Shown here: one piece after another, positions 1-12,600 of the stretch
How the letters are laid out: every line of letters begins with the position of its first letter
Numbering within the stretch: position 1 is the first letter of the stretch
Assembly: GCA_973895155.1 (NCBI GenBank)
Contig: OZ316894.1
Span: 10,278,379-10,342,378, forward strand
DNA from: Marsupella aquatica
Lineage: Eukaryota > Plantae > Marchantiophyta
Reading direction: 5' to 3'
Length of the DNA: 64,000 bases
Notes under the pieces: generated by a model
Seen by the model: the letters and a program-made list of their open reading frames with translations, nothing else
Told to the model about the DNA's origin: nothing
Database searches by the model: none
Program-made: the position numbers and the translations under genes

Positions 1-1940
1 ATGACTCCGGGTCCTTTCATGACACCGAGCGGCATGACCCCGAACTATCGCTTCACTCCGAGCCGAATCATTGGCTTGGATGGAGATTACTCGAGGAGCG
101 GCACCACGCCCGGCCGCGCCTATTTGGACAATGTTCACTCGAGTAGCGCTATGAACACCCCGAGCAAGACTTTAGATCATGAGCAGTCCGGCATCAGCAT
201 AGAGGCACCACAATTCGACCCGGTGAAAGGTCCAGTCCATGATAGGCAGCCTTGGCCTGCTCAGGTCGCACACCACGCTTCCCCAGGCATCGAAAGCAAC
301 AGGATTAAAGCGGCGCCGGTCTTCGATAACATGTTCGGGCGGGTGGGAAATATGCTGTTTAGAGTGACGAAACGCATGTTGCAAGTGCTGTTTAGAGTGA
401 CGAAACGCATGTTGCAAGTGCTGTTTAGAGTGACGAAACGCATGTTGCAAGTACCTCTTCTCTACGGCAGTGCTTTGGGCTTCATCTGGTCAATCAACAA
501 ATGGCCAGTGCCAAACTTCCTGAAGGGCTCGGCAAAACTGTGCGCAGACCCCACAGTTGCATTGGCGATGATTCTCATAGGTGAGTACGTCTGTGCCAAT
601 TATAGTCTGATCAATTGTTTTTTGGTTTGCTTGTAACAAAATGTACTGCATGAATACACTGTAACTGGAGCTTGCACTCCAGCTAGGTAATAGAGGAAAA
701 CCTCGACGTCTTTGCTATCATCCAATGTAATCCCGTCTGGCGAGTTCATTTCCTCTGGACTCTAAACATAGCTTCGGCATGGTCATCGTGTTAAAACTTA
801 GACATTTGGAACCTTTGATAAAAATATCTCAACGTCGGCATTGGTGCTTGGAATTCTAACCCTGACTGAGTTCTGAATTCCTCTGAACAGGAATGGTAGC
901 TTATAAGTTTTACAAGGGAGAGAGAGGCTTTGTACCGTGCGGCCAGAAGCTGCTTTGGGCTGGGTTCGCTCTCCGGTTTCTGTTCGCACCAATAGTCATG
1001 TACGTGTGCTCCTTGGCGTTCAACATCAAAGGCACACTTCTTGACTACGCAATCCTCCAGGTAATTATCGTGCACTATCCTCAGGGTCGGATGGCCTTAT
1101 CAAATTTGGGCCTTGATAGAGATTCTTAGCAAAGACGTCTTTCATTGACTACTTTCCAGAAGGACATAAATCAGTGTCCACGACATTGGGTAGTTACAAT
1201 TATTCATGTTTCAGATTTAGTGGACAAGATTTGGCCAAAATGCACGCCAGGTCTAAATATACGTTTAGACCTGAAAACTGGCCCTTAGTTTGTGAATGTC
1301 CCAGGCCTGAAAGGTGCCTGTGAATCCGACATGTTTGATACTATCTTCTAAGGTAGCGAACTAACGGTACAACTGTACATTATTGTGAACAGGTGATTGT
1401 ACCGCAGGGTTCGATGACTTTCGCTCTTGCTCAGATATACGGCTGCAAACTTGAAGTCATCACCCCAGCGTAAGCAAAGCTATTCTCCCAACAGCACTTG
1501 TTCGATGTTCATCGAAGGCAGCCGTTTAGTAATTATTTCTTTCTGTCTCTTCCCATGGACTTAAGATTTACTCGCTTATTCTCTTCATTTCTTTGTATTG
1601 TCAATTCGTTGTAATACTCTTTTGTCAGGTAGCTACATGTAGCCTTTGCTGAATGGGGCCATGTTACCCATCATTGAATCCAATCAATCCAGACCATGCA
1701 TTGCAGAAGATCATGAACATCTTCATAGCAGCTAGCGAGATGTCACAGAACTTGGTGATTCGATACTTAGATTAATCTGGCCTTGAACAACTGTACAGCT
1801 GCCACAAGTTTTACTCATCCTGCGTCCAGGTTACTCACAGAATATGATTGATGACACTGTTTTGCAGCATTTACATTCAAATGATTGTTTTCGTACCCTT
1901 CATATTGGCTTACTTCGCGGTTCTTGGGCACCTTAATTGA
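1..1940 (+). CDS. PIN: Divergent (non-canonical) PIN-family auxin efflux carrier, 5'-partial; exons <1-580, 891-1060, 1393-1469, 1868-1940
   Basis: GT-AG spliced product has a T-P-rich loop, then ...RMLQVPLLYGSALGFIWS..., ALAMILIG|MV..FVPCGQKLLWAGFALRFLFAP...YAILQ|VIVPQGSMTFALAQIYGCKLEVITPA|IYIQMIVFVPFILAYFAVLG. This parallels the PIN C-terminal TM block (RF..[22 protein letters not shown]). The 77-nt penultimate exon is typical of PIN genes. Stop TGA at 1938-1940. Confidence 0.85.
355..453 (+). repeat. In-frame 33-bp tandem triplication (LFRVTKRMLQV x3) in PIN exon
   Basis: ctgtttagagtgacgaaacgcatgttgcaagt(g/a) starts at 355, 388 and 421. Confidence 0.95.
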
Positions 1941-4219
1941 CGGGGCTGCAAATCTACGTACGTGATGTGCCAATCGCAGTAAAAGGGATCCCCCCGGGGA
2001 TCCCTCTCACGGATCCGCGAATGGCTTCTCCAGCTAGAAAACGAGCTAGAAAATTGGAGAGCACCACATTTGATCCGAATGGCAAAGCTTAATTTATAGC
2101 CTGGCAGCGGATCGCGGCTACGCGCTTTGACCAGAGCTTGATTGTATACATCTAGCAGACACACAAGAACATCAACTGTGATTCAAATGTATATTTCCCC
2201 GCTCAGCTAGATCTCCTAAACTGAAGAGGGAGATATATAACTTAAAGGGCTGTTGTGTGGTCGATCCAGGTCATATGACATGTCCTTATGCAACATGAGC
2301 GCTCAATCCCCTGAGCACATTCAAATTATGGGGCATAAATTACCAAGTTCCTCGGATTGGAAGTACAGATTTACTTCCAGGTCGCTTTTGTTAAGACCCC
2401 AAACCGCCAATGTGTAGACTTGTTACTGTTCACTCTTGAGCCCAACTGTCGGGACGCTTCGTTGATAGCAGTTTCAACACATAGCCAGCATTCTCCCGTA
2501 GAAGGTGTGGAATTTATCATTGAATCACGAACATACAAATTAAGTGGTGTTCTATCTACAATTCAAAGCATAGGTCCACGCGAGCTTTTACAACATCATT
2601 GTAATTAAAAGAGAACAGTTTTGGCTTTTTATGAAAAACTTCAACGATTTGAGACATTCAGTTGCGTGACTACATATCTTGAGGATGGTTGTATAGGTTG
2701 AAGGGTAACCATATACTCATTGATAAAATTGATGTATTTAACAAACTTATTAACTTTTCTGTCCTACTGCTATAGAGGATAGAAAAGACAAGTAGCTCCC
2801 AGGACGAATGCGGTCTAAAAGCAACACGAAAATCGACTACACATCCATGATCAAGAGGAATGCAGGACTGAACTTGGACTAGTGGAGACAGCACCGCAGA
2901 ATGACTTCGGGCAAGCGGAGTAAGAATCAGGATCACATGCAACAAAAGTTCTCCGACGATGGACTAGCACAACGCATTCAAGCATGCAGATGACGCCACA
3001 GCGTGTGACTGCTACATTCGAAATGTAAATGATGGGGCAACCACACAGTGACGTTTCCAAGTTCACCCATTACATATGAGGGACCGTTCTTTACAGATGT
3101 ATCTCTTTACAAGATGAGTGCGATGTGGCATCACCATAGCCTCTGAACTTAAAGCTGGTCTTACTGAGAAGTTTCTTACAATTTGTCGAGTGTTTGGTCG
3201 ATCGCTCATTTCAGGACCTGTTGATAACCTTTGTATCGAGTCTGTCTTTTGTTTGTGGCTCTTGTCTTTAACACATAATCCGGCCAGCGACTCGGTCACG
3301 CCGGAGGAATAGCTTTAGTAACTAATTATATATGTCGACCTTTCACTGAATATCGTCCTCCTTCCGCATCTAACAAATACAACCAACCAGTTCCAGACCA
3401 TAAATCTAATTGTAGAAATTTGTTAAAAGACTACTTCGCATAGATGTCCTCAGAGCGCGAATTTATACATTTCTCCAGAGAGGAGTAAAACTACTATCTC
3501 CGCCGGGAGGAAAACGTCACGCCTAGTTGCACTGAACAATCAAAGTCCTCAACCTTCGAACGTCTACTGAGGACAATGATTGTTTGTTGTTGTAGCTAAC
3601 GTCTGCAACGGACTTCGACCGAACAGAATTGCCTCTGTTATCGCAAAGGACACTACGTCTTCGATGAGCTAACATCTGTGATGAACTGTGCCTGGAACAT
3701 TGCGTCTCCTGTTAATAAGAAGAAAGCTAAGTTCTGCGACGGACTGGAGGATGAGACACGGTGGAATCCTCATAGTTATCATGGACACCACGACAAAACT
3801 CGTTGTTGTGTTCCCAACAATGGGTTTTTAACATGGCCAGAAGTGTAGTACCTACAAAAGGGCATCAACAAAGCAACTACATCTGCTTGTCACGACTCTC
3901 CCCAAATTTCTATTCGTCATCAATTTGAGTTTTGATCAAATTTGGGACTATTAACATTGGGAGCCAATTTCAATTTCTATGCCGTTTAACTTATGCTCAG
4001 TGTGCACAAACAGAGGATTTTTCATTGCAGCAGTGATTGGAAACTTTCTTTGATATATTTGTTTTGAGCTGTGGAGAGCGCAATTCTCTTCACCTTCTCA
4101 CATTATACTCTCCCCCCCACTGCCATGGTTAAAATTCTCTGGACATCTCACAACGTTTCCCCTCACATCCATGGCTTTTAGCCCAACAACCTGCACATAA
4201 TCGTGAATCTGAACTGCAA

Positions 4220-4408
4220 GATGGGGGTGGTCTGTGCAATCACATTATCCAAGAGGGGAAGGCTATAGTACCGTTTGGCAACAAGCTGGTCTTTGTTGGG
4301 TTGGGTTTGCTTCCCGATTTATTGCATCACCTGCTATATCATGTATCTATCTCAATTCTGTAGCGTCACCAATCAACAGCATCCTCGTGAGCTATGCATT
4401 TGTCCAGG
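4220..4408 (+). pseudogene. PIN exon remnant (frameshifted paralog of exon 891-1060)
   Basis: Two frames give EGKAIVPFGNKL and WVGFASRFIASPAI...SILVSYAFVQ|gt, matching GERGFVPCGQKLLWAGFALRFLFAPIV...GTLLDYAILQ|gt of the neighbouring PIN. Confidence 0.65.
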
Positions 4409-5382
4409 TCATTACTTTTCACACATCTCACGTCTCTAAACCACCAGAGAAACCTGACAAAAGGCTCATTTCTTCCAGTTCCTCCGACTGCGTTCCAGGC
4501 CTAGAATTTATAAGTCCACATGTCTTCTTGCTTTTAGAGTGCGTACTAGGGTTCCTTCCGTAAATCCAAGGTTCTTGGTAATTCCAGCAAGATTACCGGC
4601 TCAGTTATTGAGATCAAAACGAAAGATACGAGTACATGCCAGTTCTCGGTTCCAAAATAGTAGTCTAATTTCAATAGGATGCTAGCCATTTTTTGTGTGG
4701 TTGCTGGAGTTACAATGTGCTGACCGCATAATATTGTCAGTTAAACTACATACGGCTCATAGTGTCTCAGGAGTCTTTTCTCCCTCCACAGAGCTAGTTT
4801 GCTCCCTCAACAGAGCTAGAAGCAGAGCTCTCTTTGATTGTTTTCGACCCAAATTCTTCGTGCCTCTTGTCCTCTCTCGAAATGGACATTACTGACGAGT
4901 AGTCACGATGGTTTACAACATTCATGCACAAATGGTGGGATTTCTGTACCTATCAGTGTGGAGTACGACGCTGTGCTTCAAGCTATCTAAGTTGCAGAGA
5001 CGCCCAGAGAGGAGCTCACTGATCAAGGAAAATCGTACCTAGCTCATCAGTCATCAATATGGAAGTGATTTCTATGTTGATACAGAGTACTTTCCCGGAA
5101 AATCCTCCGTTCTGGAGCAAGACCAGTATTCAGAGACATCCAGGTATCACTCTAATTGTACCTATTTTCTTTCTATCACTCCAGAACCCGGCAGTGCTAT
5201 GGAAATTCCTCCGCAAGGAGCATGGTGACCACAACAGAAGTCTGCCATGATTACAGTTGCCCCCTCTTGAATAACCACCGTTGTGCGTAGTATGCTCCAC
5301 ATAGTGATCCGTACATTCTATGAGATCCCACACCAGAGGATACCAACAGACATTCACCACATTCCTGTGCAAGCTAAGTAAA

Positions 5383-7803
5383 TTAAACTCCCAAAACTTT
5401 CAGGGTCAATTCTGCCAATTTCTCGGAACTCATAGGGTTTTGACCTGTGATCAGATTTCCATCTGCTATGGCATACGCCGACTGCAATCATAAGACACGG
5501 GTAGAATTGTTATTATTTCCATGACGTAAAATGGGGCAAAGAGAAGGCACATGCCAGCTCTACGAAAAACACACATAGAAAGGTTTAGAAAAAAGAACTA
5601 GATCCAACCAAATAGCGAAGAACAATCTGCGGAACTCATTAGAAACATACCCAATCTGAGCCCTTCTCGTATAAACCTCCGAGCTTAATAAGTTCACTTT
5701 CGAGCAGAAATGGAACTCTGGCAGATTTGCCAACAGCTTCCTCCTCAGAATTTGAGAAGCCATTCACCTGAAGTTTAAGCAACGACAAAATTTGTAAGGT
5801 GTCCCGTGTATGATCCAACCCATGCTGATGAATGCCCAATAACTCACAAGAGAATTCCATTGCTTACATTCCAAGTAGTGTATACCACAACTTGCGCATG
5901 AAATTATCCGCCCATAGGCAGGCAAAGTTGATAAGAGACTAGATTCATTTACTAAAAGATCCCAGGAACAACGCTTTGAAAATTTATCAGGTCTGGATGG
6001 AAAGAAGCTGAAGTTACCTTTCTACCCTTCACAATTGGTTCACCATTTGGGGCCTTCACATTTACAAGAGCGCACGGTCCATGGCAGACCGCAGATACAA
6101 CCTTGCCCTCAGCCCAGAATTTCTCCACCAAGGCAATAGAATCCTTGTCGGTAGCAAGGTCAAAACACACCCCATGCCCACCTGCAAGTTCGAGCAGTTG
6201 CCACCTCAGGTGAGTCGCATACCAGGATGACGCGCAAAGAATTCCCTATGAAATGGCAATTCTAGACGCACCTCACAAATTTGCTACTAGATGAAGAGCT
6301 GTGCATGTACTGTATATCGCAACTCTGAAGGCCCAAGAGCTACATCTAATCATATTGACACTGACCTGGCAGGTAAATTGCATCATACTGCCCTGTTACA
6401 TCTTTTACGGACGGAGTTGTCTCAATTAACTTCACCAAACTCTCTGCCAAATGTGGATTGACAAGGTTAGCAACTCCCTCAGCTTTCACGAAATATTATC
6501 GTTACCATTGCAGCTGCTAATAACAAAACTAAACTAGTGAAAACGGCATTTGCGTACTAAACCCGATCTCAGAGGATCACGTATCAATCATGTATTCCGC
6601 ACACAAAACTCACCATCTTCATAGTACACTTTGGCATGTCCCGTGAGAGTCTCCGGTGTCAAGCTAGCCGGATCTGGAGAAATTTCAAACATAGACTTTC
6701 AGCAGGAAATCATCAATTTCACTTCAAGGAGCGAGCTCAAGCTCACCCCAGATAAAACTTCGACCTACAAACGTGAGACGCTAAGCTGACAACAAAGTTT
6801 CGCATGAAAGTCATGTTATTAACTCTGGGCGACGACTACGCTGCGCAGAGAGAGGCGAGCCATCAAATGGGAAAGTATTTTCTTTACGAAAAGAAAACGT
6901 GCGTGAACAGAAAATAAGTTATTTTTCCTTTTGTGTCTCTTTCGTTGTCTTTCGTTACGGAGGAATTTCAATCCTTGTGAACAAAATTCGCATACCACAA
7001 TGAGTGGAAGCTAACAATCTGACCATAAACGTCCGAGCTCTAATTCAAATATGAATAGAGCAAACACAAACTGGTCGAACTGACGTGGTCCTATCCAGAA
7101 TTCATTGTGATGAATCGTCCCGTAGGTGTGTAATTCGCGCCGAGCTAAATCAGTAAATTAAAGGCGATACACAGAGCCAGATGTAGGAACTTTGACATCT
7201 TTCACTTCCCTGCAATGATCGATAAGTTTGTGGGAAAGCGAATCCCAAATTCACTTGCCTAGAGGTATCTTGCCACCTTTGACGCTGACAATGTCCACCT
7301 CTAACCCGGCTTTTGTCCAAATTAAATAAGGAGCTGCAAGCTCCTCGAGCCTGCACTCATTCACAAACGTCTTAGTTCACATTCTTCAAGCAGTATCAGC
7401 AACTTTAGAAGATCTTGAGCTACACTGAGCTCCACCACATGCAGAGGCAGTCAAGGAGGTACGTCAGTGCTAGTCTGGTTTAAGAGCACACCACCCACTT
7501 CTTGAGGCCACCCCAACTCCGACCTGTATGAAGCAGAGTTCGTGCCACTCAAGCAGAACAACCCTGCCTGATTAGGATCTACAGTAACACCCGTCAACTG
7601 ATCGGCAAAATCCGTTTGCGAGTTGTGGTCATCCTTCCCACGAACACAATCCCAGTCACTGGAGCAACAGAAGGACCACCCACCACAGAATATGCAAAGG
7701 TATGAAAACTGACAACTCTCACTCACCACAAACCGGTGGGATCACCATTGTCTGGATAAGTTGGATGAGAGGTGGCGACGATGAGGATTCGCTTAGCGCC
7801 CAT
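5383..7803 (-). CDS. DJ-1/PfpI (ThiJ, Hsp31/glyoxalase III-like) protein; exons approx 7803-7727, 7350-7260, 6673-6613, 6443-6366, 6182-6018, 5767-5650, 5481-5383
   Basis: Spliced translation: MGAKRILIVATSHPTYPDNGDPTGLWLEELAAPY...SVKGGKIPLDPASL...YDAIYLPGGHGVCFDL...VSAVCHGP...GFSNSEEEAVG...VPFLLESEL...ADGNLITGQNPMSSEKLAE. Catalytic Glu and the nucleophile-elbow CHG are present. Confidence 0.9.
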
Positions 7804-8853
7804 TTCGTTGCGAAATACGGATGGAAGAAGTAAAAGATGAACTGGCCTGACTGCAAAACGAGGAGAAAACCACCAGTCCATCCGTGAGTTCAAAACCGGT
7901 GGCCTTCATTGAGAGCGGCTACAAAAGACATCCCTTTTCAGAAGCAGCACAGTACTGCGAACGAATGTCTCTCAGTAACTGAGCTGCTTAGACCTACTCT
8001 CAAGAATTCTAAGGGAACATCCATGACCGTCAGCAATGGATTCAAATGCTTCATCGCAACAGCAAATTGAGCAAGACATGAGATTTTAGATCTCCCAAAC
8101 AAACGGTCACAATAATATGGGAAATCTTTGGGGACATCCAAGACAGGAATGCAGGCAAGTAAAGCCTTGAAGCTAGCCAGCTGAGAACCCATAAAAGCTA
8201 CGGCCCGTCATTGCCTCGAACATGTGGACAGAAATCAAGTCGCAGCTACTCTGTCCATACCGACACAACAGAAAGAGCTCATGGAAATGTACATACCTGC
8301 CAACAAACAGTGCGCAACTCGTATGTCTTCAAAGGATCGCCAACAGAGCCACTGGTGTAAGTTCTTCGCTAAGCTTGACACTACACAATTGACAACTTCG
8401 AGCAATCTCAAACAGACAGCCGAAACTAATATACTGTAAGACTCCTCTCTTGCTGCATGGCTGGTTCTTTCTCCTAAAAGCGCAGTGTCGTAAAGCCTTG
8501 TACAACCGCGCATGGGAGGATCCCTGAACAATCGTGCACAAAATATAGTTTGACTAGGAAATCATCCTGCCAAAGCTCAAAATGAGCCAAAACTTCCAGA
8601 ATTATAAACCGAAAAGCAGTAGGAAGCAGAAGATTTTTTTAATTTAAAAATAGTCCAGGGTCCCACGTGGTCGGCTTTACAACCCACCACGTTTGGCACC
8701 ATAGCTGCCCTTTTCTCGAGGGACCGCCAATCGCATGTAGAGCTTTTCTGCGCCTCCAAATTCTCACCACGCCCTCTCATCCTCTCCCGTCAAATCACAG
8801 CTGATGATGAATGTGTTCTCAAACTCTTCTGTGCCACCGATCTGGTCCGATCG

Positions 8854-9039
8854 GAAAGATGCGAGCGAAATATGGGTAGCAGGTATTCACGTGGCTATTT
8901 CCATTGGGCACACGAATTGTCACTTGCTGATAAGTATGCTACTATCGAAAAGATGCGAGCGAAATATGGGTAGCAGGTATTCACGTGGCTATTTCCATTG
9001 GGCACACGAATTATCACTTGCTGATAAGTATGCTACTAT
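8854..9039. repeat. ~94-bp near-perfect tandem duplication containing CACGTGGC (G-box/ABRE-like), upstream of DJ-1 gene
   Basis: aaagatgcgagcgaaatatgggtagcaggtattcacgtggctatttcc...gctactat occurs twice back to back. Confidence 0.85.
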
Positions 9040-9688
9040 ACGACATCAGTGAATTCGAGCCTCCTTGTCTTGTCGACTTTTCGGAATTTCATCACTTTTT
9101 CTTTGCCCAGTTTTCTCCAATTTTTGTTTCGATGTTAAAAAACGATACAGACGAAAATCTGTGGAATTTTGTGGGAGAGAATTCGCAATTTGAACCATGT
9201 TCCATTCTCCTGATCCAACAGTGATCTGAAAAAAATTCTGAACAATGTAACGACTTAAAAATCTGAGAGGGAAAAATGTAGGGAGAATCTACACAAAATA
9301 GCTCCCCTGGTAGGAGGATCAATTCCCCACCCTACTGACCTACGAGAATGACAGTAGAAGATCAGCAATGGGATCTCAAACACTAAAGAATTGGACTTTT
9401 GTCTGAACAAATGCAATCTCAAAGGGCCCACAGAACAGATTTTGAAGGACAGCTACAATATTCACACAAGAGAGTGTTCCTCAGATCCCCAAAATGGCAT
9501 GCAAGAACCCACTGGCTTTAAGTTGGATCTTCTTTTGTTGATATGGCACCGACTCAAGGGTGAGCAGGTGATCATAGGTACATGAGATGTGCTCAGAATA
9601 TTAAACTGAGTAAATCAGTCCAAAGTCACTATTAGATACTAGTGCCATTCCATTGAAGTTTGTAAAATACGACTTGCCGATGCTGCAG

Positions 9689-12600
9689 TTAAGAGGGCCC
9701 CAAAACTTCTCTCAAAACAAGTAGCCACTTCTTGGTACGAATCTTAAGGGCTTTTGGTGTAGAGAGCATATTGTTCTTAAACTCGGCATCCTGCAGTTGT
9801 TCAATAAAATCAAATTAAACTCCTTGCTCGTGGCAGGCGTAAACCGAGTTAGTCTGATAGAACCACACAGAGGGGTTGTCGTCTTACTCCATCTCCAAAT
9901 TGAAACTCATTGTAGACCATACTCGCCTTTGAATAGAAACAGGCAAAGCTTTTGAGAGACCCTAAAACAAAAATGAAATGATATAAAGAGTTCAGGTTCA
10001 TAGGGTGATGCTCCTATTTCAGCAAAAAACAACACTTACATAGACGAGAAGGTCATTCAGGGCCAACAGCAGAACTTTCTTCTTGTTCAAAACTCTTGTA
10101 TCATCCCTGTAACGCAGAAATCCAAACTGCAGGACATCAAACAAGAAAAGACATGCCTGTGAAACCAAGGCCTGAACTGTGCGGGTTTCTGGAGATGCTT
10201 CGAAGATCCTTGATCCCTATTAGAATACCCAACATATACATTTGATGACACGAGATTGACAGCGACCACACTTTTGACTGCAGATGGTTAATGTTGAAGT
10301 AGTGAAAATGTGCACAGGTCACGACAGCAAGCTGATCCCGAGTGATATATGACTTGACTAACACACACAAGACAAACGATTTTCTTCCTTTGAGCGGGAG
10401 ATATTGCACGGAGCTACGCACCATGATGGTATCCCAAAGACACACATTTGGATCCGATTCATATCTCTGGCCACTGCAAAACAAAAAGTGTCAGGAATAG
10501 GCTCAAATGACGTCCACATCTGCAAGACTATCCACTTTCGGAGCCTGATGTGGCGCCTATGAGAATATAGTGCGGAGGATCTGTCCAGAACACAATATTT
10601 TACATCACTTTTCACTCTTTACTAGGAAAGGACTGCAGTGGCAACAAAGAGTGCATTAAATCAACTGACAATTGCAAAATGGAATGGCACAAGAATGACA
10701 TGTCATTAACTACGCAAACTGTGTCAATACCGTGGCAATCGGAACATTTGTTCGCCAAACACATTGGCAGATAATGATAAGCATCGATGAAAGTCGAACT
10801 TCATCACAATGAAGTCTTCTTCTTCAAGAAATTGATGCCTAAAACACCAAGACCCGAGAAAACCGGAAGTTCAAATTTTGCTATGGAACATGCCAACAGG
10901 AAAACCCCACAAGCAAGGGTAGAGACAATAAGTTGGACTAGTGGTTGACCGTGAAGGACACAAACAAATATGGAGACAGGGATATCCTGGACAGCCTGGG
11001 GACATGATAAGTAGCTTTTTTCTAGAGCTGGGCACATCCATCGCCTTTTCGTCCGATCTTAACGATAGGTAACTGGTGGTTCAGTTGCGCAGAGAACTGA
11101 ACCACGAGATAGTTACCTTCTCATCTCATTGTTCAACCAGTTCTTCACAGGTAGGTAGAAGTTCTCTATTCCACTCCGTCGCAGAGCAAAAAATCTCAAA
11201 ATAAACTCTCTGTCACGCATCCTGCAAGCAGATTTGCCCAAGGGTCGTGGAGGTTAATGCCAGCAGACCCTGGAAAGATCCAATCAAACAATGTTTAAGC
11301 ATACGCAACAAAGCAGGCAAGGTAAATAGTCCTAAAGGGCACCTCTTATGTGGAGTGTCATGCCGGAAAACCTGGAGCATGTCTGGATGACGAGCAAGGT
11401 CTTCAAGAAGATCATTGTACCTGTCCAGATTCAAACCACATCCCGACTTCAGCATATACTCAAGAAAGGCATCGCTAGCAAGCCTAGACGAAAAGAGTGG
11501 AAACCCTCTCGTCACATTAGAAGATGTGAAAAGTCGAGATGCACATTCAGAAACAAGTTGGGATAGCAGAAAGAGGAATACATTGTTAATGCAACATATC
11601 AACTTCATGTATTGATGCAACAAAGAAGTGTGCAGTACCTGCCTTGAAATACACAATTCCTCAGCTCCTGCTCATTAAGCTGCGATTTGAATCACAAAAC
11701 AAAGTGATGTTCATAATGACAAGGGTAGTAAACTGAGCACTTTAATGTAACAAAGGAATATTCTAAAGCATCCGTTACGTTGGGCTTTGATTGAAACAGC
11801 TTGCAGTTTGCCACACCTTCTACAGAGCAAGACAACGAACGTAAATTGGAATTTAAATCAAGCTAGGGTAGAACCTAGGTCAGCAAAGAGCACATAAAAA
11901 TTAGAAAAACACCTGTGTAGAACCCATGTTCAGCCTCTCAAAAACCTGCAACCAAAACGACCACTGCGGTTGGTAATTTTGTTGACACGAATATTTCTGA
12001 CAAGCGAATTTAGGAGCACTATTATTCAGACAGAGGTTCTGTTTAAACAGACGTTACGTGATTGACAGCAACAGTATTACAGAAAAATTTTAAAATAAGA
12101 AAGAACAAATAATATCATACCTCAAACACAACTTCTGCATCAGAATGGCGTGAAATAGTGTGCACATTTAGTGCAAAGTCTTGCATAGCCTGGTTTTCAC
12201 TCAATATCAGATCGATGTCCATTTGCAGCCCATGCAGTACCGTTTGGCACCAGGCAAACGATTGACTCTAGTTGGGAAAAGCGAATAATAAAACTCAAGT
12301 TGAAAACACGAAGAAGTCACTTACCTCTCGAAGAGATTCATCAAGATCAGTGTACTTATTCCCGTTCAGCTGCAATCATGATATCTATGTCAGCTGTTTG
12401 GGAAAAGCCCACCAATAAATCTCCACATTCCACTTCTAGACGACACGAATTTCGCAAAAAGAGAAAGGAACGTGCAGCGAAAGTATCAAATTATTGATTG
12501 GGAACACCACCGTGGACCATAAATGTGTAGCAGACCTTGTCAAGAACTTCCAACCCAGTCAGAGCAAATTCCGACCCATCTGGAAACCTTTGTTCTTCCA

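Noticed and set aside
7497-7524. Alternative DJ-1 exon (SELGWPQE)
   Set aside because: The exon at 7350-7260 already supplies the conserved LEELAAPY motif; the resemblance is likely coincidental.
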